A stretch of DNA of 64,000 bases from Hydrolagus colliei (taxonomy: Eukaryota). Every line of letters begins with the position of its first letter. The stretch's first letter is position 1. The notes under the pieces are model-generated. The model was not told the DNA's origin, did no database searches, and saw only the letters and a program-made list of their open reading frames with translations. Position numbers and translations under genes: made by a program. Positions 10,661 through 22,900 of this stretch are shown here, piece after piece. The stretch is from NCBI GenBank assembly GCA_035084275.1, contig CM068745.1, positions 41,726,001 to 41,790,000 on the forward strand. The letters run 5' to 3'.

Positions 10661-11375
10661 TATAATGAGTTACAAATTACTGGAGCTTTTTTTATGGTGC
10701 AGTTGATTTTTAGACCCCAACCCAGGATACTGTACTATATCTAATCAGGTTGATCTGTGTTCTCCAGAGGCCTCTTTATTCATGAAGCAAACTGTTTTGT
10801 AATGTATACCAGGTTGGTAGAAACACAGCTAAAATGAGGCTGTTTTTGTAGGATTTTTGAGACACACACATAATCTGCAGAGACAGGTGCTTAAGACCAC
10901 AGAAAATATTACAATATTACACCGATTTTTAAAAGATAAAAGTACCTAATTTAGAGTGACATTTTTGTTAAGTACAGATCCAAATGCAATCTATTAAATG
11001 TTAATTTACAGATAGGCTCGACTACAATGGAATATCTGTGCATGCATCAAACTCTAAATCATTTATTACTGCATGAGTCATTAATTATTTCTACAGTTGG
11101 ACCCTGAAATAGAGATCTCCAGCCAGAATATGTTAAGTTCTTTAGTTCAAGGAACACATTTTTTTTACACACATATGTTACTTTCTGTACCATCAGTTGA
11201 CAACATTTTATTTTCCTCTAATTTGTATAACCAGACAAGCATTACCACATTAGTGAAGAATCAATTAATAGTTCCTGCATCTGAGTCCTTACAATCCTCA
11301 GAACTACTTGTGTTACTGGCTCTGCACAATCATAGTCCTCTCACTATTATTAAACATTGCAATGCTCAGAGTATA

Positions 11376-11683
11376 GTGGAGCTCAGTGGTCATTGCACTC
11401 GCCTCACAAGCGAGAGACCTGGGTTTGATTCCTTGCAAGGTGAAATTTTGAACAAGTTTCCTTACTCCATGACTGATAATAATCCTTCAAGAAACAAAGA
11501 AAATAATAAATTGGTCATTTCCATCCATGACTGATGGTGGGACAGTGCAGTGTGCAATTAGCTGCCACGTTTCACCCATAAATTTACAGTCAATTCACTT
11601 TACAGTATATTCTGCAATCCACTTTGAGACATCTAGAACATGTGAAAAGCGCTACAACAAATGCAAGGATTATTATTATTATT
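11376..11683 (+). mobile_element. Same SINE family, followed by a 123-bp shared 3' flank
   Basis: Head, core and (ATT)n tail present. Confidence 0.88.
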
Positions 11684-13242
11684 GAAGCTTTCAGGTGGTG
11701 GAGGCCTAGACCTGAATTAACATGTGAGAGTGTCAGCTGTGAAGGAAGTGAGATAAGGGACAAGTGGGCAATGTTTGAAGATGGGAGAAGATTTTATGTA
11801 AAGAATAAAGTTTTAGCTATCGCTAAAACAAACAGAAATGCTAAAGAAACAAGCAGTACTTAAAGAAACATTTGCAAAAAAATTTGGGATAGTGAAAAAA
11901 TTACATCCCCGGCTGATGCGATCAAACTAATCTTTAATAAAAAATAATCTAATGCATCAGCGGGTCTACATTATATCTCACATAAAGAAGAGTTGAAAGA
12001 AACAAACACATTTTTCTTTGCATCTTCATCCTTCAGCTAACAAAGACAGCAGACAGCTATTAAAGAATAGTAAAAAATAAACTCAGATATACTGCATGGA
12101 GAAGCAATGAGCAGAGGCTTGGCATTTCTCTGCAGTACTACAGTGGTCAGCCTGTAGCCCACAGGGCCATGAACAGTTGAATGTCTGAACATTTGCACAA
12201 GTCTAGGTAAGTCCATGTTCAATTGTTAATGCTTTTTCAGTTTTTTCTTGATGGAATGTTTCTTGAATTATTCCATAAATCAAGAAATATTTAATGATGA
12301 AAATTTATTCTGTTGGCCTACCATGAATAGGGATGAAAAGGACTATTGGGGAGGACATAGGCTGTTCTCATACATCTCCTGACATGAAAAATAACAACGT
12401 CATTATCAGAGGTCTATGGTCAGACTGTTCTCATTCATGCAGCTGTAGCAAGTATTTAGTGGAAGAAGAAAGGAAAAATGGCCTGGTAAGATGAGAAATG
12501 GAGTTCCAGAGCAATACATACTCATCAAAAAAAGATAGTGCTATTACTGTCACTAAACCTTCACTACAATGATCCTATTAGCGCAGTCAGGACATAGCCT
12601 GTGCAGCATCAGTTTTTATGTTGAATAGTGCTGTGCCCTTAAGGTACCACATAAATATTGATTGTTTGTAATAGATAACATAAGATTGAGGCAAGAATGT
12701 GATCTAGATCTTTGGAAAGCTAAGAGGCATTAATAATATAGGTGTAAGCTATTACAGTTAGACTGTAACACAGGACCTCACTGCTATGTGCTGAGCACTG
12801 GGAGTGTATTGCATTGTCAGAGGTGGTGTCCTTCGGATAAGCCATTAAACCAAGGTTCTTTCTGCATTCACTGCATTTGCCAGGAATAGCCCGTTAAAAT
12901 ATGTTAGTTACTTAGAAAATAAACAATTGTTATCAATTATTGTATTTTTTATTCACCAAATATAATTCATTTTTATTTGTAACTATTTGGGACTATAACA
13001 CTTTAGCTGTTGGTTGGTTACTGGTGTCTCATTGACTAATGCTTCATTATTAGCAACAGAGCAGATAAATCTTCATATATCAGGATATTGTCATCACATC
13101 TAGTCTGCTTGAGCGAATATACTATGAGAGCAGCACTTGAGTGCTGCTTTGCAGGATACCAGATGAATCAAGTAAATTTCCTAGCTCTCTAACTCTCTTG
13201 ATGTTCAGAAACAGTTTCAAAGTGGTAAATACCGAGGCCACC

Positions 13243-13540
13243 AAGTCCTCTAGCTCAGGCTACTCGCCTTACACCGAGAGACCTGGGTTCTAACCCAGGC
13301 AAGACGAAACCTGGGCAAGTTCCTTACTCCACACGCCTGATAATTAACAAGAAAAAACCAAGAATAAATTGGTCATTTCAATGCACGACTGTTCGTGGGA
13401 CACAGATGTGTGAAATTGCCTGCCGCTTTTAGCCCACAAATATACAGACAATTCATTTTACTGTATATTCTGTGAAGCTCATTGAGAAGCCTAGAAGACC
13501 TGAAAAGTATAGTATCAAATACAAGGATTATTTATTATTT
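13243..13540 (+). mobile_element. Same SINE family
   Basis: Partially deleted head, core and tail. Confidence 0.85.
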
Positions 13541-16134
13541 ATAAAGGCTGAGGGTTTATGGTGCAGAATAGCATGATCGAAAGGAGTAACAGAGAAACAA
13601 GATAAGTCTATCTTGTTAGACTTGATAAAGAAATTATGGTAATACAGTATTGAGTTTCAAGTCTAAAGTTTGCTTGAGGTAAGGGTTAAGTCTTAAGATC
13701 CTGATAAAAAAAAATGGATTAGAACAGTCTTGCAATACGGGGCAGGCTCGATTGGCGGAATGGCCTATTCCTGCTCTTACTTATGTTCTCCTATTTCTTA
13801 TGTACTGATAGCAGCCCACACAAGTAGAGTTACATTGTCCCTTTGGCACTGGCCAAGATACAGCGTTACCACCACTGGAATAATACAGCTGTCAAGCATA
13901 AACCAGACAAATCCTCACATTATGAGTAATGTCCTCCCTTTTTTAAAAAAAACAGGCTACACATAACATAACAGATTAAAATGTGCCAACTGTATCTGTA
14001 GCCAGCAAATGGATTACATTAATTTTGTGGAACGTTTAATCGTAAACTTACCGACTACTGGAAAGGGAAGTAGGCTCAGAATAATCCCCTTTAGAGGTAC
14101 AATTTCACATGTATAATTTCTTTCATCAGTCAACTCTGTGGTCTGTATCCTTAGTCATGTTAGGCTATGGGGAGCGGGCAGGGCAGTGGGATTGAATCGC
14201 TCTTTTCAAAGAGCCGGCACAGACTAGATGGGCCGAATGGCCTCCTTTTGTGCCGTAAAATTCTATGATTCTATGATTCTATGTTCCAAAATAGCATATA
14301 ATCTCATTTACAGAGTTCATAGGGCCCAAATTAAACTATGTAAAATGACTGGGACTTCCATATTATTGAGTGACCATATTAATTTCTTCAGAAACCTGTT
14401 CGAGAGAGCAATTTAGAATAACCTTCTTGCTGAAGACTCGTATTACGTTGTTTACAAGTACGCCATCTGTTCTGTTTCTTAGAAAAGCAAACCAGATGTT
14501 AGACATGTAAACAGGTGATTTAGCTATAAATAGTTGAACAAAGCAATCTATAGATTCAAGCTATTTGCTTAATATTATCACAGGAGGATAAGCAATTACC
14601 TTGGGTAGTTGAGATGTTTACAATAAATTAGTTTTTCCAATAACCAAAGTATAGTTGTTTTTTTTAACAACTATCCAGAAATATACTTAACATCTTTGTT
14701 GATGGTTGGATAATGATTCCCAAGAAACGAATGTTCAAATTTGATAAATTACTCACAGCAATTCTTCTTATGTCACAATCATATCAGGATGGTGTAACTC
14801 TATCTGGTCTATCAGAACAAACTTGATGCTCAAATGTTTTTAGTTTTGTTCCTTAAGGTTTGCTTCTCATAGCTGTATGTGGGACAGTGCTCTGCACAAA
14901 TTGGCTACTGAGTTTGCCTACAAATACACAGTCATTACATATAACAGAAACTTCTGTAAAGTGCTTTGGGACATCTCGACAAACTAATAAGCAATTATAT
15001 ACAATACAAATTTACATTTACACAATGCTTTTCAAAGGACATTGTACAATACAGTGCAGGGTTGGCAGCCTACGAAATTCAAGGACTATTATTGCTATTA
15101 TTTATACAATATGTGTTTGTAATTGTACAACAAATCTTCAATATCTAGAGGGAACCCACCTTAATTACAAAAGATTGAAGGATAGCTTAAAAAAATTAAA
15201 ATCTAAGTTGAAGTAAAAAGCATTCAGAAGCCACTGTATGCTCAAGCTGTGATCTCATAGTTTGTTTCATCATCTGAATCCTTTGATTTCTGTAAAATGA
15301 TGCTTAAATATTAGTTGAAGTCATTACCATCCATTATCATATGTATAGTATTACAACTCTCAGTGATTCATGGGTTTTAATTAACAAAATACAAACAAAT
15401 ACATCTGCTTTCACCACCCATCTAGCAGATCATGTAACATACATCTAGCAACTGAGTTTGCAGTCATCAATGTAGATAACATTGAGAGTGATGTATCCCA
15501 TCCTAATTAAGAATCTGCTTGTGAAAATAAAATTATGGTCTAAATGTGAAAGGAGATAAAGAAGCAAATGTCATAAATGTTTTAGAAAGCAGGAAATCCA
15601 TTCCAGAATCTAATAACAAATCATTAGTCGCCTAGAGTTACGTAAAGCGGTGCTGATTGGAAACAGCCTATTCGGCTCAAGCAGTCATTGGCAGTAAATG
15701 GCTTGGCTCGGACCCTTCAACTCAAATGAAAGAGTAGTTTGGGGGATATCGTCATATCTGCTTACAATGATACGAGATGTTAGATACAAGGAACTTGACC
15801 ACCGAGAAACTTGCAAGGAATTCCATGTACCTACCATCTATTTAGTAAGGGCCCAAACAGCACTTGTCAGATGCCGAATGACCAACTAGTGACTATGGGG
15901 CAGGTAAGTTGGGTTCCTTCAAGCTGAACTGGCTCCAAGTTGATATGCTTGGCAATGGAATCTCAGAATTGAGCCAGCCCTCTGTGGTGGTCTCTAATCC
16001 AGTTCCTGGGCCAGGCAGGGTCACAGTATTTCAGAGTACTGCTGATGATAATACAGCCAGCTTGACTCATTGTCAGGACCTGGGAGGGCAGAACAGTCAC
16101 TGGAGGCAGGGAATGATCTCATTCAGCTCCTATA

Positions 16135-16440
16135 GTGGAGTCCTGTAGCTCAATGGTTAGAGCTCTCACCTTGCAAGCGAGAGTCCTGGGTTTGATTGCA
16201 GGCAGGACAAAACCTTGGAAGTTTCCTTCCTCCACATGCCAGATAATAATCCCTCAAAAAAAATGTATTATCTCCATCCAAGACTGTTTGTGGGACACTG
16301 TTGTGTGCAATTGGCTGTTGCAGTTCGCCTATAAAATATAGTCAATTCACTTTACAGAATATTCTGTATTCTGCTTTTGAGGCACCTGGAGGACATGAAA
16401 AGTGCTGTACCAAATGCAAAGATTATTATTGTTATTATTA
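16135..16440 (+). mobile_element. Same SINE family
   Basis: GGAGTCCTGTAGCTCAATGGTTAGAGC head through to the tail. Confidence 0.9.
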
Positions 16441-17068
16441 ACTGTGCAAGCCAAAGCCCTAATATCTAGAGTGCTCCTAGCTGCACTACAATGGAAAAGC
16501 TTTGCAGGCAGCAATTTCAATGGCAAGCAATGTGATCTTAGCTGGTGAGACTCCGGCAGTATCCCTATTCACACTCTGGGGTCCCAGAACTTTGGTTCTT
16601 GCTAACTTGCACCTAATACTTTCCAGAATCAAGTAAGCAGGATGAATCCCTCCAGGGAGAGAATACACATTCCAACAATCAATATGTGCAGGTGGAATGC
16701 ATGGAAATTTCAGCTTGGTTTGGATACTCTTATGCATGGTAATGCATTTCTGCAGGTGTCAGAGAGCCGACTGACCCCCCAAAAAAGAGAGCCAGCCAAG
16801 AAGATGAGGCCGTTAGGAAGAAAAAAGGTTACATGATCAAGCATCTCAAGGCTGTTAACAGTTTGAGAAATACTATTAATAAGAGGATTAGGAATCAAAT
16901 AAATCAATTGTAAGGAGATGTGAAATGAAGATACAACTTAGGAAACAAAACTATGTGTATGGAAATGTCTGTTTCTGTGGAAAGGAGGGACACACCCTGG
17001 TTACCTAATCTAAAATTTAGGCAGCCCTGCAAGCCAAGCCTGGTTTAGGCAAGAGCCAAGGCTTGAGG

Positions 17069-18220
17069 ATCATAGAATCATAGAATTATCCGGCACAAAA
17101 GGAGGCCATTTGGGCCATCTAGTCTGTGCCGGCTCTTTGAACAGAGCAACTCAATCCTACTGCCCAGCTTTCTCCCCATAACCTAACAGACCTACTCTTC
17201 CTAAATAAAGATCTAGTTCTCTTTTACAAGCTGTTATGGAATCTGCCTCCACCATCTTTTCAGGCAATGCATTTCAGATTCGAACAACCCGCTGAGTGAA
17301 AAACTTTCTCCTCAGCTCCCCTCTTCTTCGCTTTGAAACTATTTTAAATCTGTGACCACGAGTCACTGATTCGCCCACCAGTGGAAACAGTCTTTCCCTA
17401 TTCACCCTGTCAAAACCTCTCATAATCTTATAACCTCTATTAGGTCTCCTCTCAATCTTCTTTGTTCTAGAGAGAATAAGCCTAGCCTATCTAGCCTTTC
17501 CTCGTAGCTGAAGTCCCTCATTCCTGGTACCATCCTAGTAAATCTCCTCTGCACCCTTTCCAATGCCTTAATATCCTTCCTAAAGTGTGGTGACCACAAT
17601 TGTACACAGTACTCCAGCTGAGGCCTAATCAAAGTCTTATAGAGGTTAATCAGCACTTCCTGACTTTCTATACCCCTATTTATAAAGCCTAGTATCCCAT
17701 ATGCCTTCTTAACGGGATTTGTCTACCTGTCCTGCCACTTTCAAAGAGTCACTAACACAAATCCCCAGGTCTCTCTGTTCCCTCACACCCATTAAAATTG
17801 TGCTATCTAGCCTATATTGCCTCCCCTCAATTCTATTCCCAAAATGTATCACCTCACACTTCTCTGTATTAAACTTCATCTGCCATGTGTCTGCTCACTT
17901 TACCATTTTATCTATATCCTCTTGCAGATGGCTACTATCTTCCTCACTATTTACTATTGTCCCTAACTTAGTATCATCTGTAAATTTGGAAACCGTACTC
18001 CCTAAACCCAAACCATTAATGTATATTAAAAAGAGCAGTGGTCCCAAAACTGATCCCTGAGGGACGCCACTGCACACTTCCCTCAGTCTGAAAAGCAGCC
18101 ACTCACTACAACTCTCTGCTTTCTGTCTCACAGCCAGTTGTGGATCCACGTTACCACTTTCCCTTTAACGCCGTGGGCCTCTATTTTCCTAATAAGCCTG
18201 TCATGCGGTACTTTGTCGAA
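17069..18220 (-). mobile_element. 5'-truncated, internally deleted CR1 LINE
   Basis: SGVPQGSVLGPLLFLIYIN..KF(T)DDTKLG and YCVQLWSPHFRKDIKALERVQRRFTR..LFSLEQRRLRGDLIEV, with an (ATTCTATG)n tail. Confidence 0.93.
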
Positions 18221-18988
18221 GGATATCATATGAATAGAAAAAAATCAATTGTGGAATTTTACAGCATAGAAGAAAGCCATTCACTCCATCATCCAACATA
18301 CCTTTCAGAGACAGAACCACTTTAGATGAAATCAGGGCTGCAGTTAGACAAAGCCGGGGAGAATCATAATACACAAAGGAACTTCCAATAAGTCTACACT
18401 ATCTGATACACTGTGCCATATGAAGGTCGCTATATAATTGTAAGTTGTTGTTGTTGTTGTTGAATAAGTGTCTTGAAGATACATCTTCTGTGTCTGATAC
18501 CTTCATTCAGGCTCCGAGCTTCAAAGTGCTTCATTTCCCATTTTTTTGTTTTCGTTGGTACATTTGTCTGAATGCTAAATTATACAGTTTGCATAGTAGT
18601 AATGATTCAAACATAAATCCACACAGTTTCATTTCTCTCTGGCCTCTGTTGTGTTTTATAAACAGTGAAGTATTTTAAATTAGGCTGAAAAACTGGAAGT
18701 ATGGCAGTAAAATTGCAATAATATGCATCTTTTTTACTGGTCTAGCAAAAACAAATTTAATCCCTAACACCTCTTTAAATTCAGTCTTGTACATACAGAA
18801 TTAATATTGAAGTGTTATAGGCCCTTAGAGCTATTCATTTTAAAAGTAGTGTACCCTTTGTTAAATTTATTCAGGGTACATTCTACTTCAGATAAACAGT
18901 TATGTTCTACAAGACCCTTAAGGCTGATTTTTTAGCAGGGCACTATGTTATGCACACACAGAACTTCTAGAAATGACTCCCCTTTATG

Positions 18989-19162
18989 CAGTACCTTCCA
19001 AACTTTGAATAGCGATGCCCCCCCCCCCCCCCCCCCCCCCCCCCTAACTCAGCCTCAGCTCCACACGCACTCAGGGGCTCGAGACTCTAAAGCTCCGCGC
19101 CCCACCCAGCCAAAGGTATGCGCGCCCCAAGGGAGGCATGCCCCACAGCTTGGAAACCACTG
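18989..19162. mobile_element. hAT Buster/Charlie-type MITE with a poly-C tract
   Basis: TIRs CAGTACCTTCCAAACT / rc CAGTGGTTTCCAAGCT; TSD CCTTTATG / CCTTAATG (7 of 8 match). Confidence 0.75.
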
Positions 19163-19868
19163 CCTTAATGTATGTTTCCTTCAGTTTGTTTTGTGTGGAC
19201 ATTGAAAGGTATTACTTTTGCTTTTGAACCCTTAATTTTGAACAATTGCTCAAACATTAGAACAATGTTATTACTGTACTATAATATCAACATTGACTTT
19301 AAATCACTGAATAAGTCTTTGTTTCACAGGCTAGCATGTCTGATTATTTTTCTATTTCCTCCATTTTGGCATATGTCTCTATACCTAACCCTCAGGTAGC
19401 CTCCTTGTGAGGGGTACATTTCCATGGGCACTGGCTTGCCTCAGACACACGGACAATGATTATCCTCAGATACCCCACTACTTGGCAGTGAGTGTTACAG
19501 CTGAGCATGATCTCTCCTCATTCAGCCACCACATAAACACAAGTAGAGGATGCTGAAGAGGGCTATGGACCCTGGCTGGCTTTTCTCCATCAAGCACTCA
19601 TGCTCGTGTCCTGACCCTTGACTGTTCAGCACCTTAGACATCCTCCCGATGTGAAAGGCATTCTACGAATGTAAGTTTTTGTTGTTGTTGAGGACTGACA
19701 TGAATATAACCTCTCAATGCAGTTTAAACTGAGACCAGAATACTTAGCACAAGATTTGAACCAGTGAGATCCCAGGCCATTCAACTGCACACCATTCCAT
19801 TGGGACTACCCTAAAAGGATAATTTTGATTAAATTAGAAGTAAAACAAAAAGTAAGGTCTTTGGTTCT

Positions 19869-20017
19869 ATTTTTCCTTCTTCCCTAATTTCTTTCTGAGC
19901 AGTGATTATTTTAACTCTCTTTTTCTATTAATGTTACCTTTAACATTTTTCCTTCTTCCCTAATTTCTTTCTGAGCAGTGATTATTTTAACTCTCTTTTT
20001 CTATTAATGTTACCTTT
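19869..20017. repeat. 76-bp period tandem duplication (two perfect copies over 73 bp)
   Basis: atttttccttcttccctaat...atgttaccttt starts at 19869 and again at 19945. Confidence 0.95.
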
Positions 20018-20580
20018 TCTAATTACTGTGGATTTTTTCTTTGTTTTTAAAATTATTTTTAGTATCCACTTGGCATAAGGTGAGTGAAGAGTCTCTTTGG
20101 AATTAAGATGGCTCCAAGATTACATGGCTGGCAATAGCTGGCAATAGAAAAGTAAAATTAACTCAAATATCTGCGGCGGTATCAGTAGTCCATTTTCTGA
20201 ACCAGGTAGATTTACGTTATTGCAAGCAGTGTTGACGATAGACCGTCCACTGGCAGCCTGTTAGAGGCACTATGAAAGAGCAGACTGGACACTGGAATCT
20301 AAAATTATTCCCACTAGTCTGTTAACCATGCAGGTCAAAGCCCTAACAGGTAGCGTGATGCTACCTGGACAAGCTAGGAAAGAAGCTTGCCAGTGTTTGC
20401 ATTGGTAGACTGTTCAGTTTTAGCTAGTAAAACTCCAGTAGTATCATCTGCACATTCTGAGGTCATCAAATCTTGCCTCTTGTCAACTTGCACTGTAATT
20501 TTCTGGTTTTAGGTACTCTGCATTATATTTGCTTGATATGAAGACTGCACACTCCATATCAAGCAAATGGACATCAAATA

Positions 20581-20992
20581 TAGTAGATCCTTGCCGAACG
20601 CGGGAGTTACGTTCCTGGAAAACAGCATACTTGGTAAAGTCACGTTCAGTAAGTTTAAAAAATAATGGGAAAAAGGGGTTAAGGGAAACCATCCACAGGC
20701 TATCCAACCTCCAGCCTCCAGGCACATCCACAACCGACCAACGCAAGGTAGTACTGAGGTGGGCTACAGCCAGCTGGCCTGCTCTCCCCGCTCATCACTC
20801 TCCCCGCTCTCACTGACTCACTGGAGACAATAACACAGCACCTTACACAATCACAGCTTGGCTAAGTTGGGAGCTGCCAGCCAATGAGTATACTCAAATT
20901 TTATTCGCGTTTCGCAAAAAAGTGCCACATTTATTTCTTCACATAAAGTTGAATTCACAATCCAGAAAGTCGCGTTCGGCAAGAATTGACTG
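20581..20992. mobile_element. Tigger/pogo-like MITE
   Basis: TA flanks; TIRs (T)AGTAGATCCTTGCCGAACGCG / CAGTCAATTCTTGCCGAACGCG. Confidence 0.8.
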
Positions 20993-21299
20993 TATATGAA
21001 ATTCTACATTTATGCAAACTCTCAGTACTGTAATTTGGTTCAGAAATTTGGTTTTGTTTGGATATTTTAATAGTTTCAAGAGGATGCTAGGTTATCTTTT
21101 TATTCATGAAAGTAATGTATGAGAATAAGCTATAAGGATATGCTGGAGATGTACGCTTCCTCTTTTATACAAGACTTTGTAATTATTTATATATATCATC
21201 CAAAATACTTTTGAGAGACAGAACCATTTTAAATGAGATCAGGGTTATTGTTAGTTGGAGCCAGATAGAATCACAAAACACAAAGAAACGTCCAATACA

Positions 21300-21595
21300 T
21301 AATAATAATAATCCTTGCATTTGATATAGCGCTTTTCACATCTTCTAGACGTCTCATAGTACTGTACTTCACAGAATATACTGTAAAGTGAATTGACTGT
21401 AGAGTTGTGGGTAAAATATGACTGTCTGTTGCGCAGTGTCTCAGTTGTAGATTGAAATGACCAATTTATTATTGTGTTTTTTTTGAGGGATTATTATTAG
21501 GCATGTGGAATAAGGAAACTTGCCCTGCCTGGAATTGAACCCAGATCTCTTGCTTGTAAGGCGAGTGCTCTAACCATTGAGCTACAGTACTCAAC
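21300..21595 (-). mobile_element. Same SINE family
   Basis: Tail at 21300, head at about 21592. Confidence 0.88.
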
Positions 21596-22426
21596 TGAGC
21601 TACAGGGCCCCACACCGAGATGCTTTGAGACACTATCTTGTGTGAGGGGTATTATATAAATGTAAATTCTTATTGTTGAACGACCCTTCTGGAGATATAC
21701 CTTCAGCACACACAAATTTGCAAATTTGCAGTGGTATAGAGAAAGATCAGGGAAGTGGGACTGAATGGGTAGCCTTCCAAAGAGGTAGCACCAGCGTGAT
21801 GGGCTGAATGACCTCCTTCTGTGTTATTATATTCTATGATTCTAAATTGTGGTCTGTGGTGAATTAATTGTTCTCATCTAAGGTGATATAATGGTGCTAC
21901 AATTGGTTTCAGCACCTTTGAGTTGAAAATCAGCCTGATGTTACTAACCAGTAATCACTGATTGAAACTGCATGTCTGTGAATGCATAGTGTTTTCTTGA
22001 AACTATTGGTAAAGACCAAATCATGCTTGGTTATGATATCCTTTATAGACTGATATCACTGCCGAGATTCACGCATTAAGGTGTGAAAGTAGTGGGTAAC
22101 CAAGACTCATAGAACCAGACCCTAACATATCCATCTTGTATCACTTGTAAGAGATGAAAGCTAGAGATGGCAGGAACAAAATTCTGCAAACTAAAATATG
22201 GTACAGAAGAGATTTACGAGAATGCATGAGGGATTATAGTGATGAGAAAAGATTGAGTCTGTTTTCATTGTAGCAGAGAAAGTTGAGAAGCAATATTTTA
22301 GAGGTGTGCAAAGTATGATGGGCTTTAGCAAGGCAAATAGGGAGAAGCTATTTCTACTGGTAGGGGAATCAGTGATGAGTGGACAAAGCCAGTCACAAGA
22401 AGAGTGAAAGGAAAACTTATGAGAAT

Positions 22427-22900
22427 TTATTTCAACAAAAGCAACAAATTGCATTTATATAACACCTTTAGTTCAGGAGGATGTCTGATGGTGCTGGAGT
22501 ATGAAAGGTTTGTACAAGATTCAATTCGGGAGTAGTATGGCATCAATGGGGCGAGAAGGTATAAGAAAAGAAAGGTCTCAAGACAGATCTTGAAGGAGGC
22601 AAGAAAAGAGGTGAGGCGAAGGGACTTGAGAATGGAATTCCACAGACTAGAATGCGGATGATAGGGTTCGGTATGTATGTGAAGCAGGCCAATGCCCACT
22701 GGGCAATAAGAGCATGCAGGTAGGTAGGGTTTTGATAGGTTACAAAGGTAAGGTGAGGCAAGTCCGTGGAAGGATTTAAAAGTGAGGACAAAGATCTGGA
22801 ACTTAATTTTCTGGGTGATGGAGAACCAGTAGAGTTGTGCAAGAATAAGGATGGAGGCAGAGACCATGGTGGGTTAAATATGAAACATAAAGACTTGAAG
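22427..22900 (-). mobile_element. L2 3' fragment
   Basis: KIKFQIFVLTFKSFHGLASPYL. Confidence 0.8.

Noticed and set aside
14052-14057. Minus-strand 6-nt (or 3-nt) microexon pattern ttccctttccag|TAGTCG|gtaagt
   Set aside because: No host gene intron can be identified around it, and isolated strong splice words occur on both strands at similar frequency here.
16135-16200. tRNA-Thr(TGT)-like sequences with A/B boxes (many copies)
   Set aside because: No acceptor stem, and each continues into the SINE body, so they are SINE heads rather than tRNA genes.
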